From NCBI GenBank assembly GCA_038087875.1, contig CM075990.1, positions 17,858,001-17,922,000 on the forward strand: DNA of 64,000 nucleotides. The letters are read 5' to 3'. Position numbers and translations under genes: made by a program. Below the pieces are notes generated by a model, which was given only the letters and a program-made list of their open reading frames with translations, ran no database searches and had not been told where the DNA came from. Positions 12,929 through 24,452 of this stretch are shown piece by piece (the stretch's first letter is position 1; each line of letters starts with the position of its first letter). Source of the DNA: Malacoraja senta. Lineage: Eukaryota.

Positions 12929-13957
12929 TCAATCTTCGGACTTATTCACGATGCTCTGGGCGAATTCAAGTGCTTCTGTGTGCTTGATGAAGAAATGTTC
13001 CTTCCGCTCATAGGTTACTCTTAATGTTGCAGGGTATAACAGTCCATATCTCAAATTGTTTATATTCTTAAGTATTCTTCTTGTTTCTGTAAACAGTGCT
13101 CTCTTCTTGGCGACTTCCACAGGATAATCTCTAAATATGCTGATCTTGTCTCCTTCAAATACGAGGTTTCTGCTTTGAACAATTATCTTCATCATATTAT
13201 CCAAAACATGGTCATATTGCACCTTCACTATCAGTTGTCTTGGGGGGGCACCCGCCCTTCGGCAACGTCTCGATACTCTGTGCGCTCGGGGAAGTAGTGG
13301 TGCTTGATCCAAATTCAAGACTTTTTACAGTAGATCTGCAGCAAATTCACGGGGGTCACGATTCCCCTCTCTGCTTTCCTGGATGCCCACGATTCTTAAA
13401 TTCTGGCGTCTCTGTCGTCCCTCCAAGTCAATACATTTTTCGGTTATTTGATGTAATAACTTTGATAGGCGTTTATTCTCGGCAATAAGTTTATTTGTAG
13501 TTTCGGTGCTCGTCTCAGCAATTTCCTCTAATTCCGTCACAACCTGTTGGTGTTGATTTAATGTCTGGAGGATAGGCTCCAACTTAGAATCAAATTTAGA
13601 TTCCATCGAATTCAGTTTATCATTTACTTCTTCAATATTTTGTTTCATATTTTCTTCCATGTCTAACTTCCAATCTTCCAGAACTTCATGTATAGAAGTT
13701 GTAACTTCTTCTTTAATTTGTTCTTTAATTTCCTCTTTAAAAGAAATCAGATCCTGTTTAAGATTTTTAATTTCTTTCATTATTTTAGAGATTTCCTGTG
13801 TAAGGAAGATTTTTAATTCTTCCACATCTGTCTTTTTCTTCTTTGAGATATCTTCTTGGGATGCTGTTAAAACTGAGGCCGAGGCTTCAGTTGGGCCTAC
13901 CTCTTTTCCCTTGCCGGGTTTTCTCGCCTTGGGGGGGGGGGTATGTTGAATCGACAT
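12929..13957 (-). pseudogene. L1 ORF1p (coiled coil plus RRM/transposase-22-like domain), frameshift near 13320
   Basis: Heptad-rich N-terminus; DLEGRQRRQNLRIVGI, RAHR, IFRDY, LLYPATLRV motifs. Confidence 0.85.
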
Positions 13958-15819
13958 GCTGCCGGTGTCGCGCGCCTGATGACGTCACGAACTTACTGCA
14001 AACAATCGGTGCCGTTTACTGCAGGTAGGTCCCGTCTTTTTCCCCCGTTTTCAGCGTTTTTTTCACGGAGCTAGTCGGCGCGAGTCTCTCTTACTCCATA
14101 GCGCCACCGGAAGTGATATATATTATCTCTAAGTATCCTTTCCATTAATTTGCCCACAACTGACGTCAAACTAACAGGTCTATAATGGCTAGGTTTATTC
14201 TTAGAACCCTTTTTAAACAACGGAACAACATGCGCAGTACGCCAATCCTCCGGCACTATTCCCGTTTCTAATGACATTTGAAATATTTCTGTCATAGCCC
14301 CTGCTATTTCTACACTAACTTCCCTCAATGTCCTCGGGAATATCCTGTCAGGACCTGGAGACTTATCCGTTTTCATATTTTTCAAAAGTGTCCGCACCTC
14401 CTCTTCTTTGAATCTCATAGTTTCCATTGCTACTCTGCTTGTTTCCCTTACCTCACATAATTCCATATCCTTCTCCTTGGTGAATACTGAAGAAAAGAAA
14501 TTGTTCAATATCTCCCCCATCTCTTTTGGCTCTGCAGATAGCTGTCCACTCTGACTCTCTAATGGACCAATTTTATTCCTTGTTATCCTTTTGCTATTAA
14601 TATAGCTGTAGAAACCCTTTGGATTTACTTTCACCTTACTTGCCAAAGCAACCTCATATCTTCTTTTAGCTTTTCTAATTTCTTTCTTAATATTCTTTTT
14701 ACATTCTTTATACTCCTCAAGCACCTCATTTACTCCATGCTGCCTATAATTATTGTAGATCTCTCTCTTTTTCCGAACCAAGTGTCCAATTTCCCTTGAA
14801 AACCATGGCTCTTTCCAATTTTTACTATTTCCTTTCAACCGAACAGGGACATAAAGATTCTGTACTCTTAAAATTTCACCTTTAAATGTCCTCCATTTCT
14901 CTTCTACATCCTTCCCATAAAACAACATGTCCCAATTCACTCCTTTTAAATCCTTTCGCATCTCCTCAAAGTTAGCCTTTCTCCAATCAAAAATCTCAAC
15001 CCTAGTTCCAGTTCTGACCCTCTCCATAATTATATTGAAACTAATGGTATTGTGATCACTGGACCCGAAGTGCTCCCCAACGCTTACCTCCGCCACCTGC
15101 CCCGTCTCATTTCCTAACAGGAGGTCCAGCACTGCCCCTTCTCTAGTAGGTACCTCTATGTATTGCTGCAAAAAACTATCCTGCACACATTTTACAAATT
15201 CCAAACCATCCAGCCCTTTTACAGAATGTGTTTCCCAGTCTATGTGTGGAAAATTGAAATCTCCCACAATCACTACCTTGTGCTTACTATTAATCTCTGC
15301 TATCTCCTTACATATTTGCTCTTCCAATTCTCGCTCCCCATTTGGCGGTCTATAATACACCCCTAAGTGTTGCTACACCTTTCCCATTTCTCAGCTCCAC
15401 CAGAATAGCCTCCCTAGACGAGCCCTCTAATCTATCCTGCCAAAGCACTGCTGTAATATCTTCCTTGACAAGCAATGCAACACCCCCACCTCTTGCCCCT
15501 CCAAATCTATCACCCCTGAAGCAACAAAATCCTGGAATATTTAGTTTCCAATCACAGCCCTCCTGCAACCATGTTTCACTGATCGCCACAACATCATACT
15601 TCCAGGTGTCAATCCAGACTCTAAGCTCAACCACCTTTCTTACAATGCTCCTAGCATTAAAATATACACATTTAAGAAACCCACCACCACTTATTCTCTG
15701 TTTATTATCTTTTTCTTCTTTCTCCCCTACATTTTGGGTCCGAGTGCTTCCCTTCTCTGCCTCCTGCCTCCCACATTTTCTACTATCTTTCTCTATTTGA
15801 GTCCCTCCCCCCAACCGTT

Positions 15820-16755
15820 CTAGTTTAAAGTCTCCCCAGTAGCCTTTGCAAATCTCCCTGCCAGGATATTGGTTCCCCTCGGGTTCAAGTGCAACCCGTC
15901 CTTTCTGTACAGGTCACACCTTCCCCAAAAGAGGTCCCAATGATCAAGAAATTTGAATCCCTGCCCGCTGCACCAGTTCCTCAGCCACGCATTTATCCTC
16001 CACCTCATTTCATTCCTACTCTCACTGTCGCGTGGCACAGGTAGTAATCCTGAGATTGTTACCTTTGCGGACCTTCTCCTTAACTCTCCTCCCAACTCCC
16101 TAAATTCTCCTTTCAGGACCTCTTCTCTTTTTCTGCCTATGTCATTGGTACCTATATGTACCACAACCTCAGGCTCCTCTCCCTCCGATTTCAGGATATC
16201 TTGGACGCGTTCAGACACATCCCTGACCCTGGCACCAGGGAGGCAAACTACCATCCGGGTCTCCTGACTGCGTCCACAGAATCGCCTATCCGACCCCCTA
16301 ACCATAGAGTCCCCTATTACTATTGCCCTCCTCTTCTTTTCCCTACCCTTCTGGGCAATAGGGCCGGTCTCTGTGCCGGAGGCCCGGCCACTGTCGCTAC
16401 CCCCAGGAAGGCTGTCCCCCCCAACAGTACTCAAACAGGAGTACTTATTTTCAAGGTGTACAGCCACCGGGCTACTCACTAGTCCCTGCCTCTGCCCCTT
16501 GCCCTTCCTAACCGTGACCCACTTGTCTGCCTCCCGTGGTCTTGGAGTGGCCACCTCCCTATAACTCCTTTCTATGACCTCCTCACTCTCCCTGATCAGA
16601 CAGAGGTCATCGAGCTGCTGCTCCAGGTTCCTAACACGGTCCCTTAGGAACCCCATCTCTACGCACCTGACACAGATGTGGACGTCTGGAGGGGTATCAG
16701 ACTCCATGACCTCCCACATCTGACATCCAGAACAGTAAACTGCCCTGGCCCTCAT
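15820..16755 (-). CDS. CR1 ORF1p: zinc finger/leucine zipper plus SGNH (GDSL) esterase, intact 311 aa
   Basis: CSGC..CVRC, zipper, IGDSMVRG, PGA, HIGTNDIG, DGLHLN esterase blocks. Confidence 0.88.
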   Translation of the reverse strand: MRARAVYCSGCQMWEVMESDTPPDVHICVRCVEMGFLRDRVRNLEQQLDDLCLIRESEEVIERSYREVATPRPREADKWVTVRKGKGQRQGLVSSPVAVHLENKYSCLSTVGGDSLPGGSDSGRASGTETGPIAQKGREKKRRAIVIGDSMVRGSDRRFCGRSQETRMVVCLPGARVRDVSERVQDILKSEGEEPEVVVHIGTNDIGRKREEVLKGEFRELGGELRRRSAKVTISGLLPVPRDSESRNEMRWRINAWLRNWCSGQGFKFLDHWDLFWGRCDLYRKDGLHLNPRGTNILAGRFAKATGETLN

Positions 16756-16762
16756 TCTCCCC

Positions 16763-16858
16763 CCTTACCCTGGATACAATACAAAGCCTTACCCTGGATA
16801 CAATACAAAGCCTTACCCTGGGTACAATACAAAGCCTTACCCTGGATATAATACAAAC
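16763..16858 (-). repeat. Four tandem 24-bp units (ccttaccctggatacaatacaaag) at the CR1-A 5' end
   Basis: Direct head-to-tail units with 1-2 substitutions and no spacers. Confidence 0.9.
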
Positions 16859-17236
16859 TGGAGGAGGAAATCAGCAGGGATCTGACTCCCAATCAGCTGC
16901 TTCCTCTTAGTCTAAACCGAGATAAAGAAGGTGGATACTGAATATTCTCCTGGGTGAGGAACAACCTCTCATTCATTTTGGAACTTGATGTGCTTAGTTA
17001 TACATTTTGCTCCCACGATTTCTTCTTGTTAATTAAATATATTGCCTTGTGCAAACTTCTTTGAGAGTTTTCTTTACTTTCATGACTATAACATGTGAAG
17101 TAAAGGTCGGAGAAGTGTTTGTTACAAACATATCACTGAATATCTTAAATTAAATGTGAAATACAATCTTTTAAAACAGAACCTGTAATGCAATACATTT
17201 CAGTACCATAATCTAATCTTTCTTCACTGAAAATAC

Positions 17237-17396
17237 CTCTTTTTCAGCCTCCATTTCCTCTTCTGAAGCAGCAGTACTGGGAGCGACCAAAGGAGTCCAC
17301 CGCAGGCTTTCCTGGTCCACTTTATTGGCCCGTGGATTGGTATTCAGCTTACCCACATGTTCCTGAAGGAGTTTTTGTCTCCGGATGATAACAAAC
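17237..17396 (-). CDS. KAT6B: KAT6B internal coding exon, end of MYST domain ([13 protein letters not shown]...SLRWTP...EEEMEAEKE)
   Basis: LRWTP MYST C-terminal motif; ttttgtAG acceptor, GTATTT donor; 160 bp, phase 2 to 0. Confidence 0.9.
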
Positions 17397-17731
17397 CTAC
17401 AAAATGAAATGCAGTTTACATCATTGCTCATCAGTTTGTGTTAATTCATCAAATAACTCACCTAGGGGTCGCGGTAACTTATCAGACTAGGAAGGGTATC
17501 GGGAGAGGATTTTCCTTTGATCTCAAAGAAGCAACCTGCATGACAAACAATCCCATGGTTGCAATTATGTAAACTCCTTGGCTCATTCATACAAAAATCC
17601 TCTTCTACATTTGTCTTTGTGGTGAGATGCAACACTACTTCTTACCTATGTCATGCTTCCAAATCCAAGGTTTGTGTCAAAATCAGTGCTTTTGTATGTT
17701 TCCATCCGTAAAAGACACCATAACAGTTTAA

Positions 17732-17978
17732 GAAGGAACTGCAGATGCTGGAAAATCGAAGGTACACAAAAATGCTGGAGAAACTCAGCGGGTGCAGCAG
17801 CATCTATGGAGCGAAGGAAATAGGCAACGTTTCGGGCCGAAACCCTTCTTCAGCTTTTTCCTTTCTTCTCCCCACCCCCCATCAGTCTGAAGAAGGGTTT
17901 CGGCCCGAAACGTTGCCTATTTCCTTCGCTCCATAGATGCTGCTGCGCCCGCTGAGTTTCTCCAGCATTTTTGTGTAC
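17732..17978. mobile_element. Penelope-type insert with inverted pLTR arms, each with a hammerhead core
   Basis: Arms 17761-17853 and 17887-17979 are reverse complements (one mismatch); 14-bp TSD ccataacagtttaa (17718-17731, 17979-17992). Confidence 0.8.
17887..17914 (+). ncRNA. Minimal hammerhead ribozyme core
   Basis: CTGAAGA-a-GGGT TTCG GCCC-GAAA-CG-TT; mirror copy on the minus strand at 17826-17853. Confidence 0.62.
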
Positions 17979-18149
17979 CCATAACAGTTTAATATACTTT
18001 TTGTTAGACAACCCATTGCTCATACAATTTTTTTTAACAGCTGGAATTTTATGTTGAGCATTATTAAAGTAGTAATAACAGCAGAAAATGTTGGTAACAC
18101 TCAATTGGCCAGGTAGCAGTTGTGCAGAAACAAAAGTCCATATTTCAGT

Positions 18150-18177
18150 CTGAAGAAGGGTCTCGACCCGAAATGTC
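18150..18177 (+). ncRNA. Minimal hammerhead core in Penelope-type insert 18149-18239 (TSD agtccataYttcag)
   Basis: CTGAAGA-a-GGGT CTCG ACCC-GAAA-TG-TC. Confidence 0.58.
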
Positions 18178-18542
18178 ACCCATTCTCTCTCCAGAGATGC
18201 TGCCTGTCCCGCTGAGTTACTCCAGCATTTTGTGTCTACAGTCCATACTTCAGCTCAATAACTGTGTACCATGAATCCAAAAGTGTCTTTACAATAGACT
18301 GCGTGAGGTCACCAGAAAAAATATATATTAGTGGACAAATAGTGAAACTATTAATAAAAACTTTGTTGGGTGACTCAAACAGCCTAATATACTTCACATA
18401 ACGTTTCTAACTTACACTCAGACTATGGTTATAGTGCAGGCTTTTGTTCAGAATTCATGGTGTTGTTTGCAGCCTAAAAGTACATTTGCCAGGATTCCCT
18501 GAGAGATTAGTTTTAGCAGCTCTGCAATTCTTGGCATCTATG

Positions 18543-19583
18543 TAGGTATGTTACAAAACTTACCTTCAGTCGCGCTATAATTCTGCCACTGGCCGTGTGC
18601 GCGATTTTGGCGCCTTTAAGGGGGGGGCGGGGTTAAAACACGGTTTCTCCTCCCTTGTCCTGGAAATATTTTGTTGGAGTACAAACCTTAGCTGACAAAA
18701 TCGTTCCTACCGGCGTTTTGTGAATTTTTTATTTTTATTAAATCGTCAATGTCAGCGCTACAGTCATTTTAAAAGCAGCTCCTGAAGCGTCAACGCCGAT
18801 AACGGGGACGGATTTCACACAATGGACAGGTAAACGAAAGTGCTTTCTTTAAATGTATAAGAGTGCTTCTTAAGAAGCCTTTAATTCACATTTTGTCATG
18901 CGACACGGTGATTTTATTCCCCGAATTAACGGCAGTATTTTTCATGCCAATACGGGGTTAAATTCACCGCAAATCAACGTTCCAAAAGATCGCGTTCCAG
19001 TAATCCTCACTGACAAGATGAATTTAATCCCCATTAATTTACAGGTATTAAACATTCAATTCCTTCCATTTGGCCTGTAAATTCATGAAAATTAGATTTA
19101 AAAATTATGTTATATTGTGAATTATTGTGTGAATGTTATTTGGACACTTAGGCTATTTAAAAATGTTAATCTATTCTTAAGAAATTGATAGATGTTTAGA
19201 TCTAGTAATTGAATTTTGTAATTAGCTACAATTAGGTAACTAACTAATTATATGCTTTACTTTCATGTCTTCGAAGTAAGATTGTTTCATATTTGTTTCA
19301 GAATGCTTCAATCTATAATACCTGAAAATTTCTTTCAGTTACCATAATTTTTAAGAAGGTTATGGGCTTTTAACTGTCCTCGATCACAGCTTTTGTGTTA
19401 AGTCAATGGAAAAGCAATAGGGAACTAGATGCTAATTTCTGAGTATGATAATGGCCATAACTTTTTTAATACTGAAGATATGAAAGTGAATTAAGTGTCA
19501 AATTAAACTTCTTTTTATGCTTTATCTGATGGGATAAATTGCAGACTTTATTTTTTAAATCTCAAAATTTTGTAACATTGCTA
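18543..19583. mobile_element. Non-autonomous DNA transposon, 1041 bp, TAG..CTA termini, 7-bp TSD (copy 1)
   Basis: TIR TAGGTATGTTACAAAA / TTTTGTAACATTGCTA; TSD atctatg at 18536-18542 and 19584-19590; second copy at 60134. Confidence 0.85.
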
Positions 19584-19884
19584 ATCTATGGGAAACCGCT
19601 AGAGGAGGCAGTGGGAATTCTCATTTGCAGTTCTTCAGGGAAAAAAGCAAGTTGCAAACCCATTAGAATTCTCTCAGCCAGTGAAATCATATCTTTTTAA
19701 AAGTCAACTTCTTCAACATACACAGCTTTATTGTAATAATAACCACTTCATTCTGTGGAGGTCTGTCAGATAGAGAATATGGAAGCTGAAGTCTGTAAAT
19801 ATCCCAAAATACACATTGAACAAGATGCGATTGACAGACACTTGATAAATTGAGGAATCTGGAAATAGTGCCAGCACAGTGCAC

Positions 19885-20072
19885 TAATGGTGCAGGGGAG
19901 AGAAAAGACTTTGCCTTCCATCACAGTGAGGAGGAGATTCACTGTGATGGATGTTTTTCTGTAGATTGAATTGTTTGTGTGTCTTGTAGGAATTGTTTTG
20001 TTTGTATGGCTGTGGAAATGGAATTTCATTTGAGCCTCTTTGAGGTTCAAATGACAATAAAATCTAATCTAA
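19885..20072 (+). mobile_element. 3' part of a non-autonomous retroelement (hairpin, TG-rich tract, gacaataaa tail)
   Basis: Similar to 47180-47350; tail resembles Rex1-type 3' ends. Confidence 0.55.
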
Positions 20073-20133
20073 ACATGTAGTTTGTCAAAACATACCTAAT
20101 TTGTTACTTCTTTTTTTTCCATATGATACCTAC

Positions 20134-20365
20134 TTGCATTGCTGTTTGTCAATCATCTTTAGCTGCTGCAGGGTCATTGCAATGTCATGTGGACACATTC
20201 CTGTTTCCCTACTAATGCCCTTGATACTGATTTGCTTGTCCTGATGACGTTGCAGATATTCTAGTATCACGCTCTTCCAATATGCCAGATATGAAAGTCG
20301 TCCCAAGTCAGACAGGGGTTTTTCAGGTGATCCTGCCTGCCCTTCTTGCCTTGAAAGTAAGTAGC
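20134..20365 (-). CDS. KAT6B: KAT6B internal coding exon with catalytic Glu ([29 protein letters not shown]...MIDKQQC)
   Basis: [15 protein letters not shown] motif; cttacAG acceptor, GTAGGT donor; 232 bp, phase 1 to 2. Confidence 0.93.
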
Positions 20366-20524
20366 CTGTAAGGATCACAGAAAATGCCATTAATGAGAAT
20401 ACAGAAACAAAAGCAAATGCAGGTTATTTAGAGACACGAGGACCTGTAGAAAGAAGGAACTGCTAAAAAATGTTACACTAGCACTTTGTGTCTATTTTTA
20501 GGTTATTTGGGGCATTTTACCACA

Positions 20525-20820
20525 TCACAATAATAATCATAATCATACTTTATTAGCCAAGTATGTTTTGCAACATACGAGGAATTTGATTTGCCATACA
20601 GTCATACCAATAAAAAGCAATAAAATACACAAAAACAATCGCATCCCCGGCAAGGTAAGAGATTGAAAAAAAGTTTTCCCCGACCCCCTCCCCCACCCCC
20701 ACATAAAACAAACCAGAGAACATTAACACAAACTTTTAAAACACACTAAAAATAACAAAAAAGACGAAAAGACAGACAGACCGTTGGTGAGGCAGTCATT
20801 GCTGATGCGCCACCCAGTGG
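20525..20820 (-). mobile_element. Non-autonomous retroelement remnant (GC head, T-rich linker, G-run; short-repeat tail)
   Basis: rc ggtggcgca...gtctgtctgtc-T-rich-ggggaaaac resembles 46615-46770; tail shared with 53826-53884. Confidence 0.5.
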
Positions 20821-21545
20821 TACAAATACATTTCCACAGAAGGTACTGAAAGAAATTGTACACAATGGTAACTACAGAAAATAATGGGATAGTGCCTTTT
20901 ATGGCTTCAGTTCCCAAAGAGATTCCTGTCAATGAAATAGCTACTACACCTTCCGGTGTTGGACTAATTGTCAGCCTACATTTTATTCTCACAAGTTTGG
21001 ACGATTAAAAAAAATCAAATATTGTTGAAAATGAGGTAAAAACCCAACTGAGGAAATTGAAGGAGCCAGCTATAAGCATGACAAAGAAAGGAACAAATTC
21101 TAAATTCCTGAAGGTAACAAAAATAAATTTGCTAGAGGATATTCACAAGGCAAATGTATTAATTGCCTTCTATGCATAGCATGATAATTACCAAATTAGT
21201 CTTAAAGCAACATTTTCAGAACTTCTGTTACAACATGCAAATTAATCTTTGCGTAGTGTTTGCCTGTAAATTACATTAACTTCACCTTTAAACCACAATC
21301 AGACAAAATCCACACAATCAGACAAAATGGAGGCTGGCAATGTCACCGTTTGTAAACAGCAGTTCAGGAGGCAGCAGGAAACTACTATGGAGTGAAGAGT
21401 AGTTTCCAGCCATTAACCTTGACTATGCAGATCATTGCATAACTTAGAAAACAATTACATAAGCACATTGCAGTTCAGAAAAGTCCTTTATAATTTTATC
21501 TTGGGTGTAATTTTGAAAACAAAAAGTGAACAAAAATGTGATATG

Positions 21546-24452
21546 ATCCTACTGGCCAACGTACAGTCCCTTGAAAATAAAGTGGAGGACTTAAGGACAA
21601 GACTGCTTTATCAAAGGGAGCTGAGGGAATGCTCTGTGTTGCTTCAGAGACATGGCTCACCCCCAGCTCCCCAGACACAGCGGTCCAGCCTGAAGGGTTC
21701 TCCATCCACCGTATGGACCATACACTGGCATCTGGGAAAGGAAGAGGAGGGGGCGTCTGCCTCATGGTCAACTCTGCGTGGTGCTCAGACGTGGCAGTTC
21801 TGTCCAACTCCTGCTCTCCACACCTCGAACATCTGGCGGTGAAGTGTCGTCCCTTCTACCTTCCGAGGGAATTCACCTCCATTATCCTGACCGCGGTCTA
21901 CATCCCACCTCAGGCAGACGTCCGTCTGGCACTGGAGGAGCTGCACGCCGTGGTCAACAAACACCAGACGTCTTACCCCGAGGCATTTACCAACATTGCT
22001 GGGGACTTCAATAAGGCAAACCCAAAGAAATCACTCCCTAACTTCCACCAACATGTCTCCTGCTGCACCAGAGGATCAAACACCCTCGACCACTGCTACA
22101 CCACCATCAAGAATGCCTATCGCTCTATCCCTTGCCCTCACTTCGGTAAATCCGACCATACTGCGGTACTGCTTCTTCCTGCCTACAGGGAGCAATTAAA
22201 GAGCGCACCCACAGAGGTGAGGACAGTGCAGAGCTGGTCGGGGGGGTGGGGGGCAGAGGAACAACTACAGGACTGTTTGGAGTCTGTAGACTGGGCAATG
22301 TTCAAGGACTCGGCAACGGACTTGAACGAATACGCCACAGTCGCTACAGACTTCATTAAGAAATGTGTGGAGGACTGCATCCCTACAAAAACCTTCCGAG
22401 TGTTTCCCAATCAGAAACCTTGGATGAACTTTCAGATCCGCACTCTTCTGAAGACCAAACACCGGGCATTCATGTCTGATGATACAGTGGTCTACAAGAA
22501 GTCCAGATACGACCTTGGTAAGGCCATCAAAAAGGCCAAAAGGGACCTGCTCCAAACTGGAGGATGCGACAGATGTTCGGCAGCTGTGGCGGGGCCTGAA
22601 TGCAATCACCTCCTACAAGGCGAAATCAGGAGGCAGCTCGAATGTTGGCGAAAAATCACTCCCTGATGAGCTTAATGCGTTTTACGCACGCTTTGATAGG
22701 GAGAACACCGATGTGCCTTCCCGAGCTCCCATTCGCTGTGATGGTATTTCAGTCTCAGTCACAGAGGCCGACGTCAGGAAATCCTTCAGAGGGGTGAACC
22801 CTCGAAAAGCGCCTGGACCTGATGGTATACCTGGTCGTGTTCTAAAAACCTGTGCGGACCAACTGGCTGGAGTTTTTACAGACATTTTCAACCTCTCACT
22901 TCTGAGGTCTGAGGTTCCCACCTGCTTAAAAAGGGCATCAATCATACCAGTGCCCAAGAAGAGCAAGGTGACGTGCCTCAATGACTATCGACCTGTGGCA
23001 CTAACGCCTGTGGTGATGAAGTGCTTTGAGAGGTTGATCATGGTGCAAATCAACTCCTACCTCAACAAAAACCTGGACCCACTGCAGTTTGCTTACCGCC
23101 ACAACAAATCAACGGTGGATGCGATCTCGCTGGCCCTCCACTCCGCTCTGGACCACTTGGACAACAAAAACTCATATGTCAGGCTGTTATTCATCGATTA
23201 CAGCTCGGCATTTAATACAATCATCCCCTTCAAGCTGGTTACCAAACTCGCAGAACTGGGTATCTGCGCATCCCTCTGCAATTGGATCCTCGACTTCCTC
23301 ATTCTCAGACCACAGTCTGTTCGTATTGGTGGAAATGTGTCAGACTCGATAACAATCAGCACGGGAGCACCTCAAGGCTGCGTGCTCAGCCCCCTGCTGT
23401 ACTCACTCTATACTCATGACTGCGTAGCCGGTCATAGTGCGAACTCGATCATCAAGTTCGCTGACGACACCACTGTTGTGGGACGTATCACTGATGAGGA
23501 TGAGTCAGAAGAGAGATCGAGCAACCGTCCATATGGTGCCAGCACAATAACCTGGCCCTCAACACCAGCAAAACCAAGGAACTGATTGTGGACTTTGGAA
23601 GGAGTAGGATGGGGACCCACAGTCCCGTTTATATCAATGGGTCGATGGTTGAAAGGGTCAAGAGCTTTAAATTCATGGGTACACAAAAATACTGGAGGAA
23701 CTCAGCGGGTGCAGCAGCATCTATGGAGCGAAGAAAATAGGCAACGTTTCGGGCCGAAACCCTTCTTCAGAATTCTTTAAATTCCTGGGCGTGCACATCT
23801 CTGAGGATCTTTCCTGGTCCGAGAACACTGATGCTACTATTAAGAAAGCACATCAGCGCCTCAACTTCCTGAGAAGATTACGGAGAGTTGGTTTGTCAAG
23901 GAGGACTCTAACTTCTACAGGTGCACAGTAGAGAGCATGCTGACCGGTTGCATCGTGGCTTGGTTCGGCAACTTGAGCGCCCTGGAGAGGAAAAGACTAC
24001 AAAGTGTAGTAAACACTGCCCAGTCCATCATCGGCTCTGACCTCCCTTCCATCGAGGGGATCTATCGCAGTCGCTGCCTCAAAAAGGCTGGCAGTATCAT
24101 CAAGGACCCACACCATCCTGGCCACACACTCATCTCCCTGCTACCTTCAGGTAGAAGGTACAGGAGCCTGAAGACTGCAACGTCCAGGTTCAGGAATAGC
24201 TACTTCCCCACAGCCATCAGGCTATTAAACTTGGCTCGGACAAAACTATGAACATTAATAGCCCATTATCTGTTACTTGCACTTTATCAGTTTATTTATT
24301 CATGTGTGTATATATTTTTATAATGATATATGGACACACTGATCTGTTTTGTAGTCAATGCCTTCTATGTTCTGTTGTGCTGAAGCAAAGCAAGAATTTC
24401 ATTTGCCTATCAGGGACACATGACAATAACTCACTTGACTTGACTTGACTTG
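21546..24452 (+). mobile_element. Rex1/Babar LINE, APE-RT with frameshifts, (cttga)n tail
   Basis: LANVQSLENK, CRPFYLPREF, GDFN, SDH, LDPLQFAYR, GAPQGCVLSPLLYSLYT, KFADDTT, LLPSGRRYRS. Confidence 0.92.
23743..23770 (-). ncRNA. Minimal hammerhead core in a Penelope-type insert (~23677-23774; TSD ctttaaattc) within Rex1; identical copies at 27590-27617 and 31436-31463
   Basis: rc CTGAAGA-a-GGGT TTCG GCCC-GAAA-CG-TT. Confidence 0.58.

Larger units (their letters stand above)
9269..14115 (-). mobile_element. L1 LINE (5'UTR, ORF1, ORF2 start, 3' tail) inserted into CR1-A; most of ORF2 missing
   Basis: 15-bp TSD atatatattatctct at 9254-9268 and 14116-14130; ORF2 start SWNVKG..FLQETH at 12123; 3' tail with cttctaataaa (rc) near 9280. 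Confidence 0.88.
14116..16858 (-). mobile_element. CR1 lineage A, 5' part (5' repeats, ORF1, APE endonuclease, linker)
   Basis: NARS, ETWL, GDFN, SDH APE motifs; frameshift near 15360; ILRDNIY continues as KHLDKQG at 9253. Confidence 0.93.

Noticed and set aside
16763..16858. CRISPR-like 24-bp repeats
   Set aside because: No unique spacers, no cas genes, vertebrate intron; a plain tandem repeat at a LINE 5' end.
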